Notes under the pieces: model-generated
Told to the model about the DNA's origin: nothing
Databases searched by the model: none
Seen by the model: only the letters and a program-made list of their open reading frames with translations
Part shown: positions 43,795-55,619 of the stretch, piece by piece
Numbering within the stretch: position 1 is the stretch's first letter
Layout of the letters: each line of letters begins with the position of its first letter
Translations under genes and position numbers: made by a program
Assembly (NCBI GenBank): GCA_965240325.2
Contig: OZ251244.1
Span: 434,001-498,000, forward strand
DNA: 64,000 nucleotides
Reading direction: 5' to 3'
Source: Rebecca billardiae RCC1528
Lineage: Eukaryota; Protista; Haptophyta

Positions 43795-45432
43795 AATGAG
43801 CAGCATGCACCACCGTCCGGCCGTCTCAGGTCGCTGTCGTCGGCAGCCAGCCGGTGCCGGGCACGGTGGCGCCGGGCGCTCGTAGCTGAAGGACCGCGAT
43901 CAAGGATTGATTGCCAAGTCGTCAGCCGACGACTGGGAAGTTGAGCCTGATGCTGCCCGCTGCCGGTTCGCGGGACGAATGACGAGCAGCCTATGGCCCG
44001 TGAACCTGCGTCAGCTCCTAGAACTCTTCCAGACGCGGTGAGGATATCCCTCACGAACTCAGCCCTCTCGCGCTGACGCAGCGCGTCTTGCGGCCTGCTG
44101 CGTGCCGCGAGCTATCGGACAGCGCGGCCCGCCGGCCGCGGGCCTTGGGCGGCGGGTCGACGGCTCCAGGCGGCTGCGGAGGACGCGGAGGCCGGTCGCA
44201 TCCCGGCCAAGGCGTGGGCATCGGCCCGGCGGTTGGGCCCGTCAGCACGCCGGCAAGCGCTCTGATGCCACTCGAGACTGGCTGCCGAGCTGTCGCGCAA
44301 CCGTGCCCGGCAAGACACGTGGGTCCGCGCCGAGCGTTCACCGGCCTCCGAACCCGCGCACGCCTCCCAGACCAGGGCCAGGGCATGCGCCGTCGATCTA
44401 CCCAGCCGGAAGCAGCTCGACAGCCCCGCTGTGTGCGCGCGCGCCTGCCGGTATGTCCGCTGCCCGCTCGAGGGCGAGCACGCGGCGCCTCACCTGCCGA
44501 CCACGACAGCGCGCCTCGCGTGCACACTCTGATGGCGAGGCCCGGGATCTGGGCAGGCGATGGCACTACCCGCGCCTCCGCCAAGTCTCGGCCTGGCCGA
44601 GCCTGCCACAACGAGCAGCATGCACCACAGTCCGGCCGTCTCAGGTCACTGTCGTCGGCAGCCAGCATTCGCCGGGCGCGATGGCGCCGGGCGCTCGCGC
44701 GCGATCAAGGATTGATTGCCATCAAGTCGTCAGCCGTCGACTGGGAAGCTGAGCCTGATGCTGCCCGCTGCCGGGTCGCGGGACGAATAACGAGCAGCCT
44801 ACGGTCCGTGAACCTGCGTTAGCTCCTAGAACGCTTTCAGACGTGGTGAGGATCTCCCTCACGACCTCAGCCCTCTCGCGCTGACGCAGCGCGTCCGCTG
44901 CCACTCTACGGCCTTGCTTCCTGCTGCGTGCCGCGAGCTCTCGGACAGCCCGGCCCGCCGGCCGCGGGCCTTGGGCGGCGGGTCGACGGCTCCAGGCGGC
45001 TGCGGAGGACGCGGAGGCCGGTCGCATCCCGGCCAAGGCGTGGGCATCGGCCCGGCGGCTGAGCCCGCCAGCACGCCGGCAAGCGCTCTGATGCCACTCA
45101 GCCTCGAGACTGGCTGCAGAGCTGTCGCGCAACCGTGCCCAGCAAGACACGTGGGTCCGCGCCGAGCGTTCACCGGCCTCCGAACCCGCGCACGCCTCCC
45201 AGACCAGGGCCAGGGCATGCGCCGTCGATCTACCCAGCCGGAAGCAGCTCGACAGCCCCGCTGTGTGCGCGCGCGCCTGCCGGTATGTCCGCTGCCCGCT
45301 CGAGGGCGAGCACGCGGCGCCTCACCTGTCGACCACGACAGCGCGCCTCGCGTGCACACTCTGACGGTGAGGCCCGGGATCTGGGCAGGCGATGGCACTA
45401 CCCGCGCCTCCGCCAAGTCTCGGCCTGGCCGA
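43795..45432 (+). repeat. Imperfect ~815-bp tandem duplication inside the element
   Basis: 43795-44600 matches ~44610-45432. Both start with GAGCAGCATGCACCAC and include the inner part of the right TIR. Confidence 0.85.
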
Positions 45433-45997
45433 GGGGCACAACACTGGCCGAGCCCTCGGCCCGGCGCGCCGCCGCCAGCCTGTGCTGAAAAGCCCAAGCC
45501 GTGCGCGGCAGGCCTGCGCGTGCGAGCGGCGATGGGCGTGGGCGGCGTTGCGCGGCGCGAAGTGGGCCAGGGGCATGTCAGCCTCGACTCCGCCGCGTCG
45601 CGCGCGGCCGAGCGCGCGCTCTGCGCGCGGGGCGCGCGACGCGAGGCGGGCGCTCGCGCACGCACGCGGCCATCCCATCCAGCGCCAACGGGCGGCGCCA
45701 GCGGAGGGACCTTCACTCGTCGAACGTGTGAAGGTCCCTCGAGACGTGTGAAGGTCCCAGTGGGAGGGACCTTCACACGAGTCCGAGTTCGGCCGTGCTC
45801 CCTCAGGCTCCCCAGCCCGGGCGACCCACATCGAATTTGGATTTTGATTGATATTGCTTATTTATTGTTTTTAAACAGTGTTTTTGAACGTTAATGAGTG
45901 GCGCTCGACGACTGTCCTCGGTCATGCACCCGCGCGAGCGATCGCGCGGATCGTCGCGCAGTCGACGCTGGGCTGTTTGCAGGCGGGAGCACGCGGC

Positions 45998-47008
45998 CTA
46001 CAGCTGCATCGGCGGCTGCACGCGTCGGCGCGAGAGCTGCTCCACCGCAAGCAGCTTGCGCAGGTGCTGGTTCTGCGCCTGCAGCTCGCGGATGGTGCGC
46101 TGCAGCTCCTCGACGGTCGGCGCGGCCGACGCGTCCGCCTCGGCCACGGTGGGCTCCGACGGCGGGGTGACGATCTCGTCCTGCGCGTCGACCATCTCCG
46201 CATCGTCCGCGTCGGCCTCCTCCTCCTCCGACGCGTGCGCGCCGTCCGCCGCGACGTGCGTCAACTTGTCGCTCGCGCCGTCGTCATCCGAGAGCTCGTC
46301 CTGCGTCGTCTCCGGCTGCGCGGACGAGAGCTCCTCGGACATGCGGTCGAGCTCGGCGATCGCGCGGTCAAGCTGCGCGCTCAGCGTCTTTCGCCGCGCG
46401 CGCAGCGCGTTCGCGCCCGCCATGTCGGCGTGCTCGTCCAGCTTGAGCAGCAGCCGCATCAGGTGCTCGCTCGCGACGTGCGTGTTGCCCGCGGTGGGTG
46501 CGGCCTTGGCGGGCTCGACGATCTCGGCGTAGACGCGGGCGATCTCGTGCTCCAAAGCGTCGAGCGCGGCGGCAGCGCGGTGCTGCTCGTGTGCCGCGCG
46601 CAGCTCCTCGAGCGGCCTCTCGTGGTGGCGGACGCGGTGGCCTCGGAACGCGGCCTCGATGCGCTTGGCCGCCAATGTGCGCGCGCGCATCTTCTGCTGC
46701 TTGAGCTTCTTCTTCGCGCGGGCGATCTCGTCGTCGGCCGGGGCCACAGTGCGTTTGGTCTCGCGGGGGGCGCCGAGCTGGAGCTCACGAAGCAGCTGCT
46801 GCTCGGCCTCGGCCTGCTGGCGCCGGCGGCGCTGCAGCAGCGCGCGCTCGGCGGCGCGCGCGCGCTCCTCCTCGGCGGCGGCGAGGCGCGCGGCGCGGAG
46901 GTGGTGGAGGCGGTGGGGGTCGAAGTAGTCGTCGTCGTACTCGTCGGATGGGGCGTACGAGGGGTATGCTGCGTAGCGCGGCGCGTAGTAGCTCGGCGTG
47001 AAGAACAT
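45998..47008 (-). CDS. BAG-domain Hsp70 co-chaperone with an IQ motif
   Basis: IQ-like AAKRIEAAFRGHRVR followed by BAG helices SEHLMRLLLKLD..ALRARRKTL, an acidic tail and a coiled coil. Confidence 0.8.
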   Translation of the reverse strand: MFFTPSYYAPRYAAYPSYAPSDEYDDDYFDPHRLHHLRAARLAAAEEERARAAERALLQRRRRQQAEAEQQLLRELQLGAPRETKRTVAPADDEIARAKKKLKQQKMRARTLAAKRIEAAFRGHRVRHHERPLEELRAAHEQHRAAAALDALEHEIARVYAEIVEPAKAAPTAGNTHVASEHLMRLLLKLDEHADMAGANALRARRKTLSAQLDRAIAELDRMSEELSSAQPETTQDELSDDDGASDKLTHVAADGAHASEEEEADADDAEMVDAQDEIVTPPSEPTVAEADASAAPTVEELQRTIRELQAQNQHLRKLLAVEQLSRRRVQPPMQL

Positions 47009-47334
47009 CGTGGTTGCGGTGGGTCTGGGCGCTTGTTGGCGGGAGTTGCTTGGCGTTCGGTGGCTGCCGGCTGACGACGGTTGCGTTCTTGTGTCCTTGG
47101 ACAGCCCTTGAATATTGGGGCACGTAACCGCGGACCTATTCGGGATGCTCTCGATGCGCTCCAGATGCGCGTCTGCCCGTCTGGATCATTCCAGACGCGC
47201 GTCTGGAACTATTCAGCCTTACCCGCTTATGGGAATTGTCGGCTGGTGGAACCGAAAGTGCGCCGCATCGTCCAACGATCAGCAGTTCAGCACGCGCACC
47301 GGCCTGCGCGATCAGCAGGGACTAACACGGCAAC
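47009..47334. promoter_or_regulatory. Putative bidirectional heat-shock-type promoter
   Basis: 326 bp between divergent BAG and DnaJ genes. HSE-like cGTCt gGATc aTTCc aGACg at ~47178-47197 and the perfect palindrome TTCCAGACGCGCGTCTGGAA at 47189-47208. Confidence 0.5.
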
Positions 47335-48510
47335 ATGACCGGGCGAGACTTCTACAAGATACTCGGCGTGTCGCGCGACGCGAGCGACGACGACATCAAG
47401 AAGGCGTACCGCAAGATGGCGATGAAGCACCATCCGGATAAGGGTGGCGACGAGAAGGTCTTCAAGGACGTCGCCGAGGCGTTCAGCGTGCTTTCTGACA
47501 AGCAGAAGCGCGCGATCTACGATCAGGTCGGCGAGGCCGGACTGAACGGCGGTGCCCCGCCCGGCGCCGGCGGCGCCGGTGGCGGTGGCGCGCGCATGGG
47601 TGGCATGCCCGGCGGCGGCGTGTACACCTTCAGCACCAACGGTGGCGACATCGATCCGCACGAGCTTTTCCGCGCGTTCTTCGGCGACGGCGGCGGGCTC
47701 GGCGGGATGGGGATGGGCGGCGGAATGGGCGGCGGGATGGGCGGTGGGATGGACGGGGGGAGTCGGCGACAGCGCTTCCGCACGCACGGCTCATTCGGCG
47801 GCGGCATGGGTGGCATGCCGGGCATGGGCGGCATGGGCGGCATGCCGTTTGAGATGCCCACCGGAGCGTTCATGTCGTCCGACGACTCGGACGACGGCGC
47901 GCACCGCCCGGCGCGAGGCGGCGGGCGGATGCCGCAGGCGCAGACGATCGTCCGGGAGCTGCCGCTCACCCTCGAGGAGCTCGACACGGGCTGCGTCAAG
48001 AGGATGCGCGTCACGCGCACGCGCAACGGCCAGCCGGACTCGACGGTCTTGGAGATCAACGTGCAGCCGGGCTGGAAGGCGGGGACCAAGGTGACGTTCG
48101 CGCAGGAGGGCGACGACATGGGCCCACGCACGCGCCCGGCCGACATCCAGTTCGTCATCACGGAGAAGCCGCACGCGCGCTTCAAGCGCGAGGGCGACAA
48201 CCTCGTGCTGCACACGCGCGCCTCGCTCAAGGACATCCTGAGCGGCAGCACCGTCACGGTGCACCCACTGGCCAAAGGGAGCGCGCCCGTGCGCGCGGCG
48301 CTCGACGAGGTGCGCTGCGTCGACGGACGGCAGGTGATTCGACTCGAGGGGCACGGCATGCCGCGCTCGGCCAAGGCCAGAAAGACCGAGAGGGACGGCA
48401 AGGTTCGGGGCGACCTGCTGCTTGTGGTTGACGTCACGATCCCCAAGCTGAGCGAGGCGCAAAAGGAGGTGATCGTCCCCGCGCTCGACTCTCGCAACAT
48501 GGAGATCTGA
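47335..48510 (+). CDS. DnaJ/Hsp40 class B (Sis1/DNAJB-like)
   Basis: J domain with HPD, G/F- and G/M-rich linker, C-terminal [31 protein letters not shown] and GHGMP. No zinc finger. Confidence 0.95.
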   Translation: MTGRDFYKILGVSRDASDDDIKKAYRKMAMKHHPDKGGDEKVFKDVAEAFSVLSDKQKRAIYDQVGEAGLNGGAPPGAGGAGGGGARMGGMPGGGVYTFSTNGGDIDPHELFRAFFGDGGGLGGMGMGGGMGGGMGGGMDGGSRRQRFRTHGSFGGGMGGMPGMGGMGGMPFEMPTGAFMSSDDSDDGAHRPARGGGRMPQAQTIVRELPLTLEELDTGCVKRMRVTRTRNGQPDSTVLEINVQPGWKAGTKVTFAQEGDDMGPRTRPADIQFVITEKPHARFKREGDNLVLHTRASLKDILSGSTVTVHPLAKGSAPVRAALDEVRCVDGRQVIRLEGHGMPRSAKARKTERDGKVRGDLLLVVDVTIPKLSEAQKEVIVPALDSRNMEI

Positions 48511-48839
48511 TCGATGAGCGGCGATGACGATGCCGCGCACGCGCGACGCGGTCCCCGTATAGCATCTGAGCGCAGCACCCGGGCCTGGGGCAGGCGGCCG
48601 GACGGCTCCGGCGGCCGCTGCGAGCGCGGGCGCTGAGTCACTCGGCTGAGCCTGACGAATCCGTCCCGGAATCCGATTAATCCGATGAAGACTAGTGTCA
48701 GCTAAGACGTTGCTACTACTATATATCAGTATCCGTGATGTCACTGGGTCTGGGGGCCGCAGCACACCGACTGTCTTGAGCAGCGGCGCAGACGCGGGTC
48801 CGGGGCCGCATCTAACTCTAACTCTAAGTCATCAGAAAA

Positions 48840-49170
48840 CATTATATATATATATATATATTATAAATATAATATATATATATGTGTGTTATTATAATAA
48901 CACACACACATAATTGAATAGAATCGCGTCCATCCGGTCACAGTGACAATTGATGTATATATATGTATATGTATATGTATATATATATATACATATATAT
49001 GTATATATTCACTACGATCGACGTGCTTTATAAAGCAGTGCTTAGGTATCGGTGGTACGGCTATGCAACGGGCTTATGGCGTCATGAGAGTTAGGTTGAC
49101 ATATATATATAGTATATATAGTATATATATACTACATATATACTATATATATACTATATATATATGTATG

Positions 49171-49213
<43 letters not shown>

Positions 49214-49221
49214 ATATATAT

Positions 49222-49283
<62 letters not shown>
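48840..49283. repeat. Compound TA/TATG microsatellite region
   Basis: Multiple (TA)n and TATG runs. Confidence 0.9.
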
Positions 49284-49286
<3 letters not shown>

Positions 49287-50072
49287 TAGCCGTCCTCGAA
49301 GCGCCTGCGCCATCCAGATCGGCAGCGAGGAGGCGAGGCACACGCTCACTCACTCACTCACTGACGCTGGGCAGGGCGGAGCTTGGAAGGTGCAGCTCGA
49401 GAGCCGCCAAGCCGCACGAGAGCAAGGCACGAAGCACCATCGTGCAGAGGGCATCACGAGGTGATGCGGGCCCGGAAACAGCTGCAGCCATCATGCCAGT
49501 GGGCACTTCCGAAGGGCGTTCGCTGCGAGTGAGCGAGTCCGAGAGGCACTGGACTGCGTCGGTTCGCTCGGTGCGGTGAGTGAGTCGGTGCCTTAGGATG
49601 AAAAAACCCAGTTCACCAATTGCCAGTCCTGTGCCGCCGCCAACCTTGCCTATTTGCCTAAGGCCCAGGAGCATCACAGCGCGAGTTAGAGTAGGTTGTT
49701 CGGGGTCGTTGTGCGAGCCACTGCGAGCGCACAGAGCAGGCTCGAAAGTCCCTCGTGGCACGAGAAGAGGGTGGGCAGGGTCGTTAGGCCAAGATGGCAG
49801 CCGGACAGTTGAGCTCGCAGCCGCCTGGCTCGGGCCGAATTACTGGCAGGCAGGTGTTGAATTTGATACTCATACGGCGCATTGCGCTCCCACCGTCCTC
49901 TTAGACAATCAGTGATTGTGCCAAATAACGACCCCACATATATTGATCGGATACTGGTCACTCACTGACACTGACTACTGAGTGAGTCACTCGGATGAGA
50001 ATCGTGATCAGTTAGCCACTCGGTTGACGGCTCATCACCTGCGCCATCATCGTCCCCGCGCCTCTGCTGAGC

Positions 50073-50960
50073 TTATTCATCAGCACTACTCAAAGCAGAT
50101 TGGCTTTTGCGCGACGGCCCGCTGGGACCCTCCACAGCCTTGGGTGTCACCACAATCCAGCCGGCGAGCGCGACGAGGGCGAAATGCAGGACGATGATCG
50201 TGACCAGGGGGAGCGAGTCGGGCCAGAGTGTGCCCGCACGCGCGAGCAACACCATGTTCGCTGCAGAGCCGATCACATCCAACGCGCTCACGCTGAGGGA
50301 GTAGCCCTCGATAGACCACGTCTCAACGAAGATGCGAAACTGCGGGATGAAGCCGAGGCTGAAGAAGACGGAAGGCAGGGCGTGGCCAAAGAGGGCGGCG
50401 CCCGAGGCGGGCATCGCTGAGATCATGCGCGCAAGCAGGCCACCGCCGACCCCGGACACCACGGTGAGGCCGGCGGCGAGGAGTGCGAAGGGCGTGGGTA
50501 CCTCGTACATGTACACAGCCACCTGCGCCTCGACCACGGCGCTCATGGTGATGAAAGAAGCCATGGAGGCGAGAATCCAAACAGAAGCTCCAGACGCCAC
50601 CAGTGCGCTCGTGTAGATGAGCGCAGCCACGTGCCAGAGGGTGATGAGGCCCAGCGAGAGGCCTTCCGTGGAGCCCCTTTGGTAGTTGAGGAGCGCCTGT
50701 GGAATGAGGATGGAGGCAAAGCACGCGGCGCCGAGGATGCCACAGGCTGTCTCGATGAAAATGCCAGTCGGCTTTGGCGGCGGCGGCGACGGCGGCGGCG
50801 GTACGGGGCCTTGCTGCCGGCCTGCTCCCTGCGCTCTACCAGACTGCCCCTGCGCACCCCCGCGCGCTGAGCTCGAGCACTGGCGGTCGAACCACAACGC
50901 CTTGCATTGTTTGGGCCTGCATGCACGCGAGGACAGCGCATGCTTGACCGCGTCTCCCAT
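50073..50960 (-). CDS. PQ-loop repeat membrane transporter
   Basis: Two PQ motifs, ILIPQALLNYQRGSTEGLS and FIPQFRIFVETWSIEGYS, with ~7 TM segments. Start uncertain. Confidence 0.85.
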   Translation of the reverse strand: MGDAVKHALSSRACRPKQCKALWFDRQCSSSARGGAQGQSGRAQGAGRQQGPVPPPPSPPPPKPTGIFIETACGILGAACFASILIPQALLNYQRGSTEGLSLGLITLWHVAALIYTSALVASGASVWILASMASFITMSAVVEAQVAVYMYEVPTPFALLAAGLTVVSGVGGGLLARMISAMPASGAALFGHALPSVFFSLGFIPQFRIFVETWSIEGYSLSVSALDVIGSAANMVLLARAGTLWPDSLPLVTIIVLHFALVALAGWIVVTPKAVEGPSGPSRKSQSALSSADE

Positions 50961-51417
50961 CGGCGACCGCGCGGGCGTCGTGCAGCGGTGCAAGGGGCCG
51001 CTCCGCAAAGCCGACACGAAGGCATGGCTAGTCACGCTGCGCGAGGCCGGCCGTGCGTGGCACCCAATCACGCTCGCGGCGATCCGATGCGTGCGGATCG
51101 GCGACGACAGCAGCATCGCTGTGTGTGCCGCGCGCCGCTTGACGCGCAGGGCGCGTGGAATTCGTCAAGCATGAGATCGGTCCGCGATGCGTGTTTTTCC
51201 GTGTTAACTTGTACTTTGTAGCTACTGTTGCCTGAGCTGTGTGCGTCTCTTATTCTTAGTAAACTGTAACAGTAGTGACTTAGGCCATCACAAGGCGTTC
51301 TGACGTCAGCCTGCTGATTAACAAGCCTGCATGATCTGCCGGCCATCATTGGCTCTACTCGCACCGTGCGACGTCGATGACATCGCATCTCGCACGCGTG
51401 ACAGTCGTGAGTCGATG

Positions 51418-53210
51418 TCACCACGCGCGACTGACCCGTGGCTCGCGTGTGCCGCTGTGCTGGCGCGCGCGCCGCTCATTCGACCCGCTTGCCGCGCCCG
51501 GTGCCAGCGACATGCGCCGCCGCGCGGCGGCGATCTGGTCGGTGAAGGCAGCCTGCGACGGATCGCGCGTCTTGCGCGGGTGCCGGGCCCCGCTCCTCGC
51601 CTCCGCGCCGCGCGCGCGGCTGGGCTTGGGCGGCGGCGGCAGGTGCTCGACCCCCGTGTTGATCGAGAGCGCGGCCGCAATCATCTCCGTGTCGAGTACG
51701 GTGGTGTGTACATAGTCGAGGGCGGGCAGGTCGCTCAGGTCCTCGCCGAACGGGTCGGAGAGCATGATCGACACCTCGCGCAGCCCGAGCAGCATGATCC
51801 CGATCGCGACCGACGTGATCAGCGTCTGCATCTCGCCGGTCGTCGCCGTCGCATACGTGAGTAGCATGCAAGTAATCCACAGGTTCTGCGAGACATATTG
51901 GAAGTACATGAACGGGATCGGCATGTCTCGGAAGGCGTAGATGCGCATGATCTCGTGCGTGAGCAGGTTGAGCTCGGCGTTCAGATGCGAGAGCATCGGC
52001 GGCGCGATCGTCCCGTCCGCGAACGTCGAGTGCATCAGCTGGCGCGCCCAGCCGACGCAGATGATGGCGTGCATCTGGCCAAGCCGCGAGGAGCCGCCAG
52101 CGTGCGGGTTTTCGCGCGTCGCGCCCGTCGACTTGGTGAAGACCTTCACCTCGTTCGGGTGCAGGAAGCCGAGGTTGTCCACGTACTCGATCGGGTTGGT
52201 CGACGCCTTGTAGTCCTCGTTCAGCTGGCAGAAGCAGAAGACGTGCGCGGCGTTGAGGTACTGCGGCACGCGGCGCGCGGCGCGCGGGTAGGGCGCGCGG
52301 CGCGCGGGTGGGGCGGGCGGCACGCGTGGGCCATTGCAAAGCGCCGCGCGGAGGGGACGGCACAGCCAGCCGCGCGCGCGCCTGGGCGGGGCGTCGCCGC
52401 GCGCGCGCGCACCCCCGCTAGCCGCCGCGCACGCCGCGCGTGCAGGTCGGCCGTCTTCCGGTTCGCCGCGGCTGCCTGCTTGGCCGCCTGCTGCTCGGCG
52501 GTGCCGACGCCCTGGCTGCCCTGCGGCTCCGCCTGCGCGCCGCCGGCTGGCGCAGCGCCGCCCGACCCACCCGGCCCGCTCGCGAAGGGCCAGCCCATCC
52601 CGCCAACCCCTAGCCCACTCGCCTGCGCGCTCGGCGGCGTGTAGATCTCCGGGTCCGCCTCGGGCGGCACCGGCCACCACGCGATCGCCGTCCCGACGAC
52701 CGACTTAATGATCCGCACAATATTCATCGAGATGAAGTACTGGTCGTAGAAGCGCTGGTACGCCTGCTGGTTGTAGAAGACGAGCGCGATGGTCTGCAGG
52801 CTGATCGGGATCGAGATCAGCCCCGTCAGGTCGTACTCGGGCAGCGGGAACACAAAGTTTGAGAAGAGCGCCACCGCTGTGCCGAGCAGGATGTACATGT
52901 AGATCTCGACGCGCCGAGATAGCATCGCGGCGAGCACGGTGCCGCGCCATCGGAAGATGGACGCGATCGGCCGGTTCGGGTCGTAGTGCACGGCCTCGCG
53001 CATCGCCAAGTCGTGCATGCCCCCCTCCTCTCTCTCGTCGGCGTCGTCCTCGCCCACGTTGCTCAGCCCGCGCTCAAATCGGCGGCGGATCTCCTTGGCC
53101 TGCTCGAGCGTGGTGGCGGCGTCGACGGTCTGCATGTTGCTCTTGCGCTCGGGCGAGCCCGGCATGCTCAGCACCCCGTGCGTCACGCCGCGTGGCTGGC
53201 GACCTTGCAT
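51418..53210 (-). CDS. Bestrophin-family anion channel (intron 52261-52412)
   Basis: IFRWRGTVL, LVFYNQQAYQRF, PIPFMYFQ and GLREVSIMLSDPFGEDLSDLP. The GT-AG intron restores the frame. Confidence 0.85.
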
Positions 53211-53519
53211 CGTCGTGGGCGGGGGGGGCCGGGGCAAGCTCGACCGGGCCGCAAGGCGGCCACCGCTTTTTCGAGCCCTGCTCGATCGTCGATCCTGTGC
53301 GCGGCGTGGCCAAAGTACTGGCAGCCATGCGTCCGGACTTGCCGCTCCGGGAAGCGCCACTGGCCGCAGCGTGAGCATGGCGGCCGTGAGATAAGTGGAT
53401 GGGCAGAATCCTCATGCCGCCCGTCGACGAGATTCACGCTCGCTCGGCTACGCTGGCCGGCATCGAGCAGCCTACGCTTCGTTCCAGCAGTAATAAGGGC
53501 GGCTCCCGTGGGGTGTTCA

Positions 53520-55619
53520 TCATCGACCCAGACTGCCAGCTTGCGGGCGGCGCCGTCGTTTCGGCGCGCGCTCGACCAGCAGCCGGTCGAGCCGCTGCCT
53601 CCTCGCGCACCTGAGCCGCGCAGGGAGCGCCGTGTCCTCCCCGAAGGTCTCGATCAGATTCAGCGCCTTCTTCTTGACCTTCTGCCGGAGGGCGATCTTC
53701 TCGCTGAGGGGGGGCGGCGCAGCGAGTCGCGCGCTCGCAACCCACGCGCGTGCGACGATTGCGTCGAATGCGGAGACGGCATCGCAGATCGCAAGGCCGG
53801 GGCCCGGCGCCCGCCCGGAGTCGGCGGGGCAGTCGTGCGGGAGGTAGGTGAAGAACGGCGCGGCGCGGCGCAGCTCCGCGCGCATGGTGCGCAGCCTCGC
53901 CGCGTCCGCGCTGAGGTCGAGCAGCGCGCGCACCCACGCGCCCGACGCGTCGGCCCGCACCTCCGCCGCACTCAGCAGCACGCTGAAGCGGACGTAGTCC
54001 AGGCTGAGCGTGGCGGGCGCGGCTGGGCGCCGCGCCGGGCGCGCCGCGCGGCGGCCCTCCCGCCGCGCCGCGCGCCACGGCCACCACGTCGGCTCCGACT
54101 CGTTGTACGAGCGGTGCCCGCCCTCGACCAGCACGGGCAGCGCGCCCGCGAGCGCGGCCGCATACGCGTGCGAGCGCCCGAGTGTATCGCCGGGCGGCTC
54201 GAGCGTGAGCGTGGCGCGCGCGAGCGCCTCGTAGAGCGGGCGGCGGTGCGCGCAGCAGTCGTTCGAGCCCGCGCGCGCGCACACCACCACGGGGCCCTTG
54301 CCGCACTTGGCCGCGCGCCCGCTGCGCCGCAGCGCCGCCTCGAGCAGCGGTCTTGCATACTGCATCTTTGAAAACCGGTCCTTGCCGTCCCGCGTGGCAC
54401 TCGCGTCATACAGCAGGGCGATGGGGCGCGGTGTGTGCGGCGTGGTCGCGGCGGGCGAGGGGCCGCGCTGCGGGGCGGTCCAGTCGAGCGCGCGCGCCAC
54501 GCCCACCGTCTGCGGCAGCGTGACGAACAGCGGGCCCCCGCAGAAGCTGCTCAGCCGCCGGCCGCGCGCCAGGGCGTTCCCAAGCAGTCTCTCCCTCCGT
54601 TCCAACTCCTCCTCTGCGCCGGCGCGCCAGCCGGCGCGGCCGAGAGGGTCGAGGGATGCCATGTCGCTCAGCGCCATCGAGCTCATGGTCGTGCCGACGA
54701 GCAGGCGCGAGCGCAGCCCCTCGGGCAGCAGCGCCATCATCCGCAGGTTGCGCAGCTGCGGCGGGCCGTTCCACGCATACGGCTCGACCACCACCACCAG
54801 ACGGTGGCCGCGGCCGCGAGCCGCGAGCGGCGCGCGGTGGAACAGGTCATGGACGCCGATCCAGTACTTGTAGTACAGCGGGTGCGTGAAGCAGGTGCGC
54901 ATGGCGGTGAAGTTGTACGCGCCGCCGATCACGTGGTAGTGGAACGCGAGCGAGGGCACCAGCACGACGTGCGCGTCGCACCACGCGCGCTCGGACGACG
55001 CGCGCGCGTGCAGCTCGGCGAGGCTGCGCGCGCCGGCGCCGCAGACGAGGTCCGTGCGCTGCAGCCAGCGCGAGAGCACGTGGTGCTCGTGCGCGAACTG
55101 GTCGAAGAGGTAGCCCATCGTGTGCGGCGGGAAGATCCCGTCCACGCAGAAGCCCGCCGGCGCCGCGCCCGCGCGCGCCACGCGGGCGTCGCCCGCGCAC
55201 AGCCGGCGCGTCGGGTCGAAGAGATGGGCTGCTGAGAGGATCGTCGAGTTGAGCGCGCGCATGGGAGGCAGAAGCGTCTCGACGGGCGGGCCGGCGCCGC
55301 CGCCCGCCGTCGCCGAGGCAGGCGGGGTCGAGCCAGTCTGAGAGTGCCACGTGCCCGCCAGCTCCGGCCACGCCAGCCACGGCGCAGCGCGCACATCCGG
55401 CTTGCACGCCAGCCTCGGATCGGCCGAGCTGTCGTCCTCGCCGACGCTGAAGATGTCTCGGAAGAGCTCGCTCACCGCCACGCGCAGCTGGGCGGCGGGC
55501 GGTGGCGGCGCGTCGGCCCTAGACGAGGGGGTGAGGCCGACGCACGCCAGCGCGAGCAGGTGCTGCGCCGCTCGCAGGCGGGGCCGTCGGCGTCGCCATC
55601 GCCGTCGACATGTCGCCAT
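53520..55619 (-). CDS. Exostosin-like glycosyltransferase (GT47)
   Basis: N-terminal anchor. DQFAHEHHVLSRW and the GT47 signature LARATLTLEPPGDTLGRSHAYAAALAGALPVL. Confidence 0.8.
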   Translation of the reverse strand: MATCRRRWRRRRPRLRAAQHLLALACVGLTPSSRADAPPPPAAQLRVAVSELFRDIFSVGEDDSSADPRLACKPDVRAAPWLAWPELAGTWHSQTGSTPPASATAGGGAGPPVETLLPPMRALNSTILSAAHLFDPTRRLCAGDARVARAGAAPAGFCVDGIFPPHTMGYLFDQFAHEHHVLSRWLQRTDLVCGAGARSLAELHARASSERAWCDAHVVLVPSLAFHYHVIGGAYNFTAMRTCFTHPLYYKYWIGVHDLFHRAPLAARGRGHRLVVVVEPYAWNGPPQLRNLRMMALLPEGLRSRLLVGTTMSSMALSDMASLDPLGRAGWRAGAEEELERRERLLGNALARGRRLSSFCGGPLFVTLPQTVGVARALDWTAPQRGPSPAATTPHTPRPIALLYDASATRDGKDRFSKMQYARPLLEAALRRSGRAAKCGKGPVVVCARAGSNDCCAHRRPLYEALARATLTLEPPGDTLGRSHAYAAALAGALPVLVEGGHRSYNESEPTWWPWRAARREGRRAARPARRPAAPATLSLDYVRFSVLLSAAEVRADASGAWVRALLDLSADAARLRTMRAELRRAAPFFTYLPHDCPADSGRAPGPGLAICDAVSAFDAIVARAWVASARLAAPPPLSEKIALRQKVKKKALNLIETFGEDTALPARLRCARRQRLDRLLVERAPKRRRRPQAGSLGR

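Larger units (their letters stand above)
41136..45804. mobile_element. 4.7-kb non-autonomous DNA transposon with ~850-bp TIRs, GAG...CTC termini and a candidate 5-bp TSD AGGCT
   Basis: 41136-41988 is the near-perfect inverted copy of 44951-45804. AGGCT at 41131-41135 and 45805-45809. Subterminal GTGAAGGTCCC motifs in both orientations. Confidence 0.8.

Noticed and set aside
48943-49579. YI-repeat ORFs
   Set aside because: Translations of TA microsatellites.
5066-55619. A glycan biosynthetic gene cluster (SGNH, GT25 x2, sulfotransferase, GT47)
   Set aside because: The genes are scattered over 50 kb among unrelated housekeeping genes, and such families are abundant in algal genomes.
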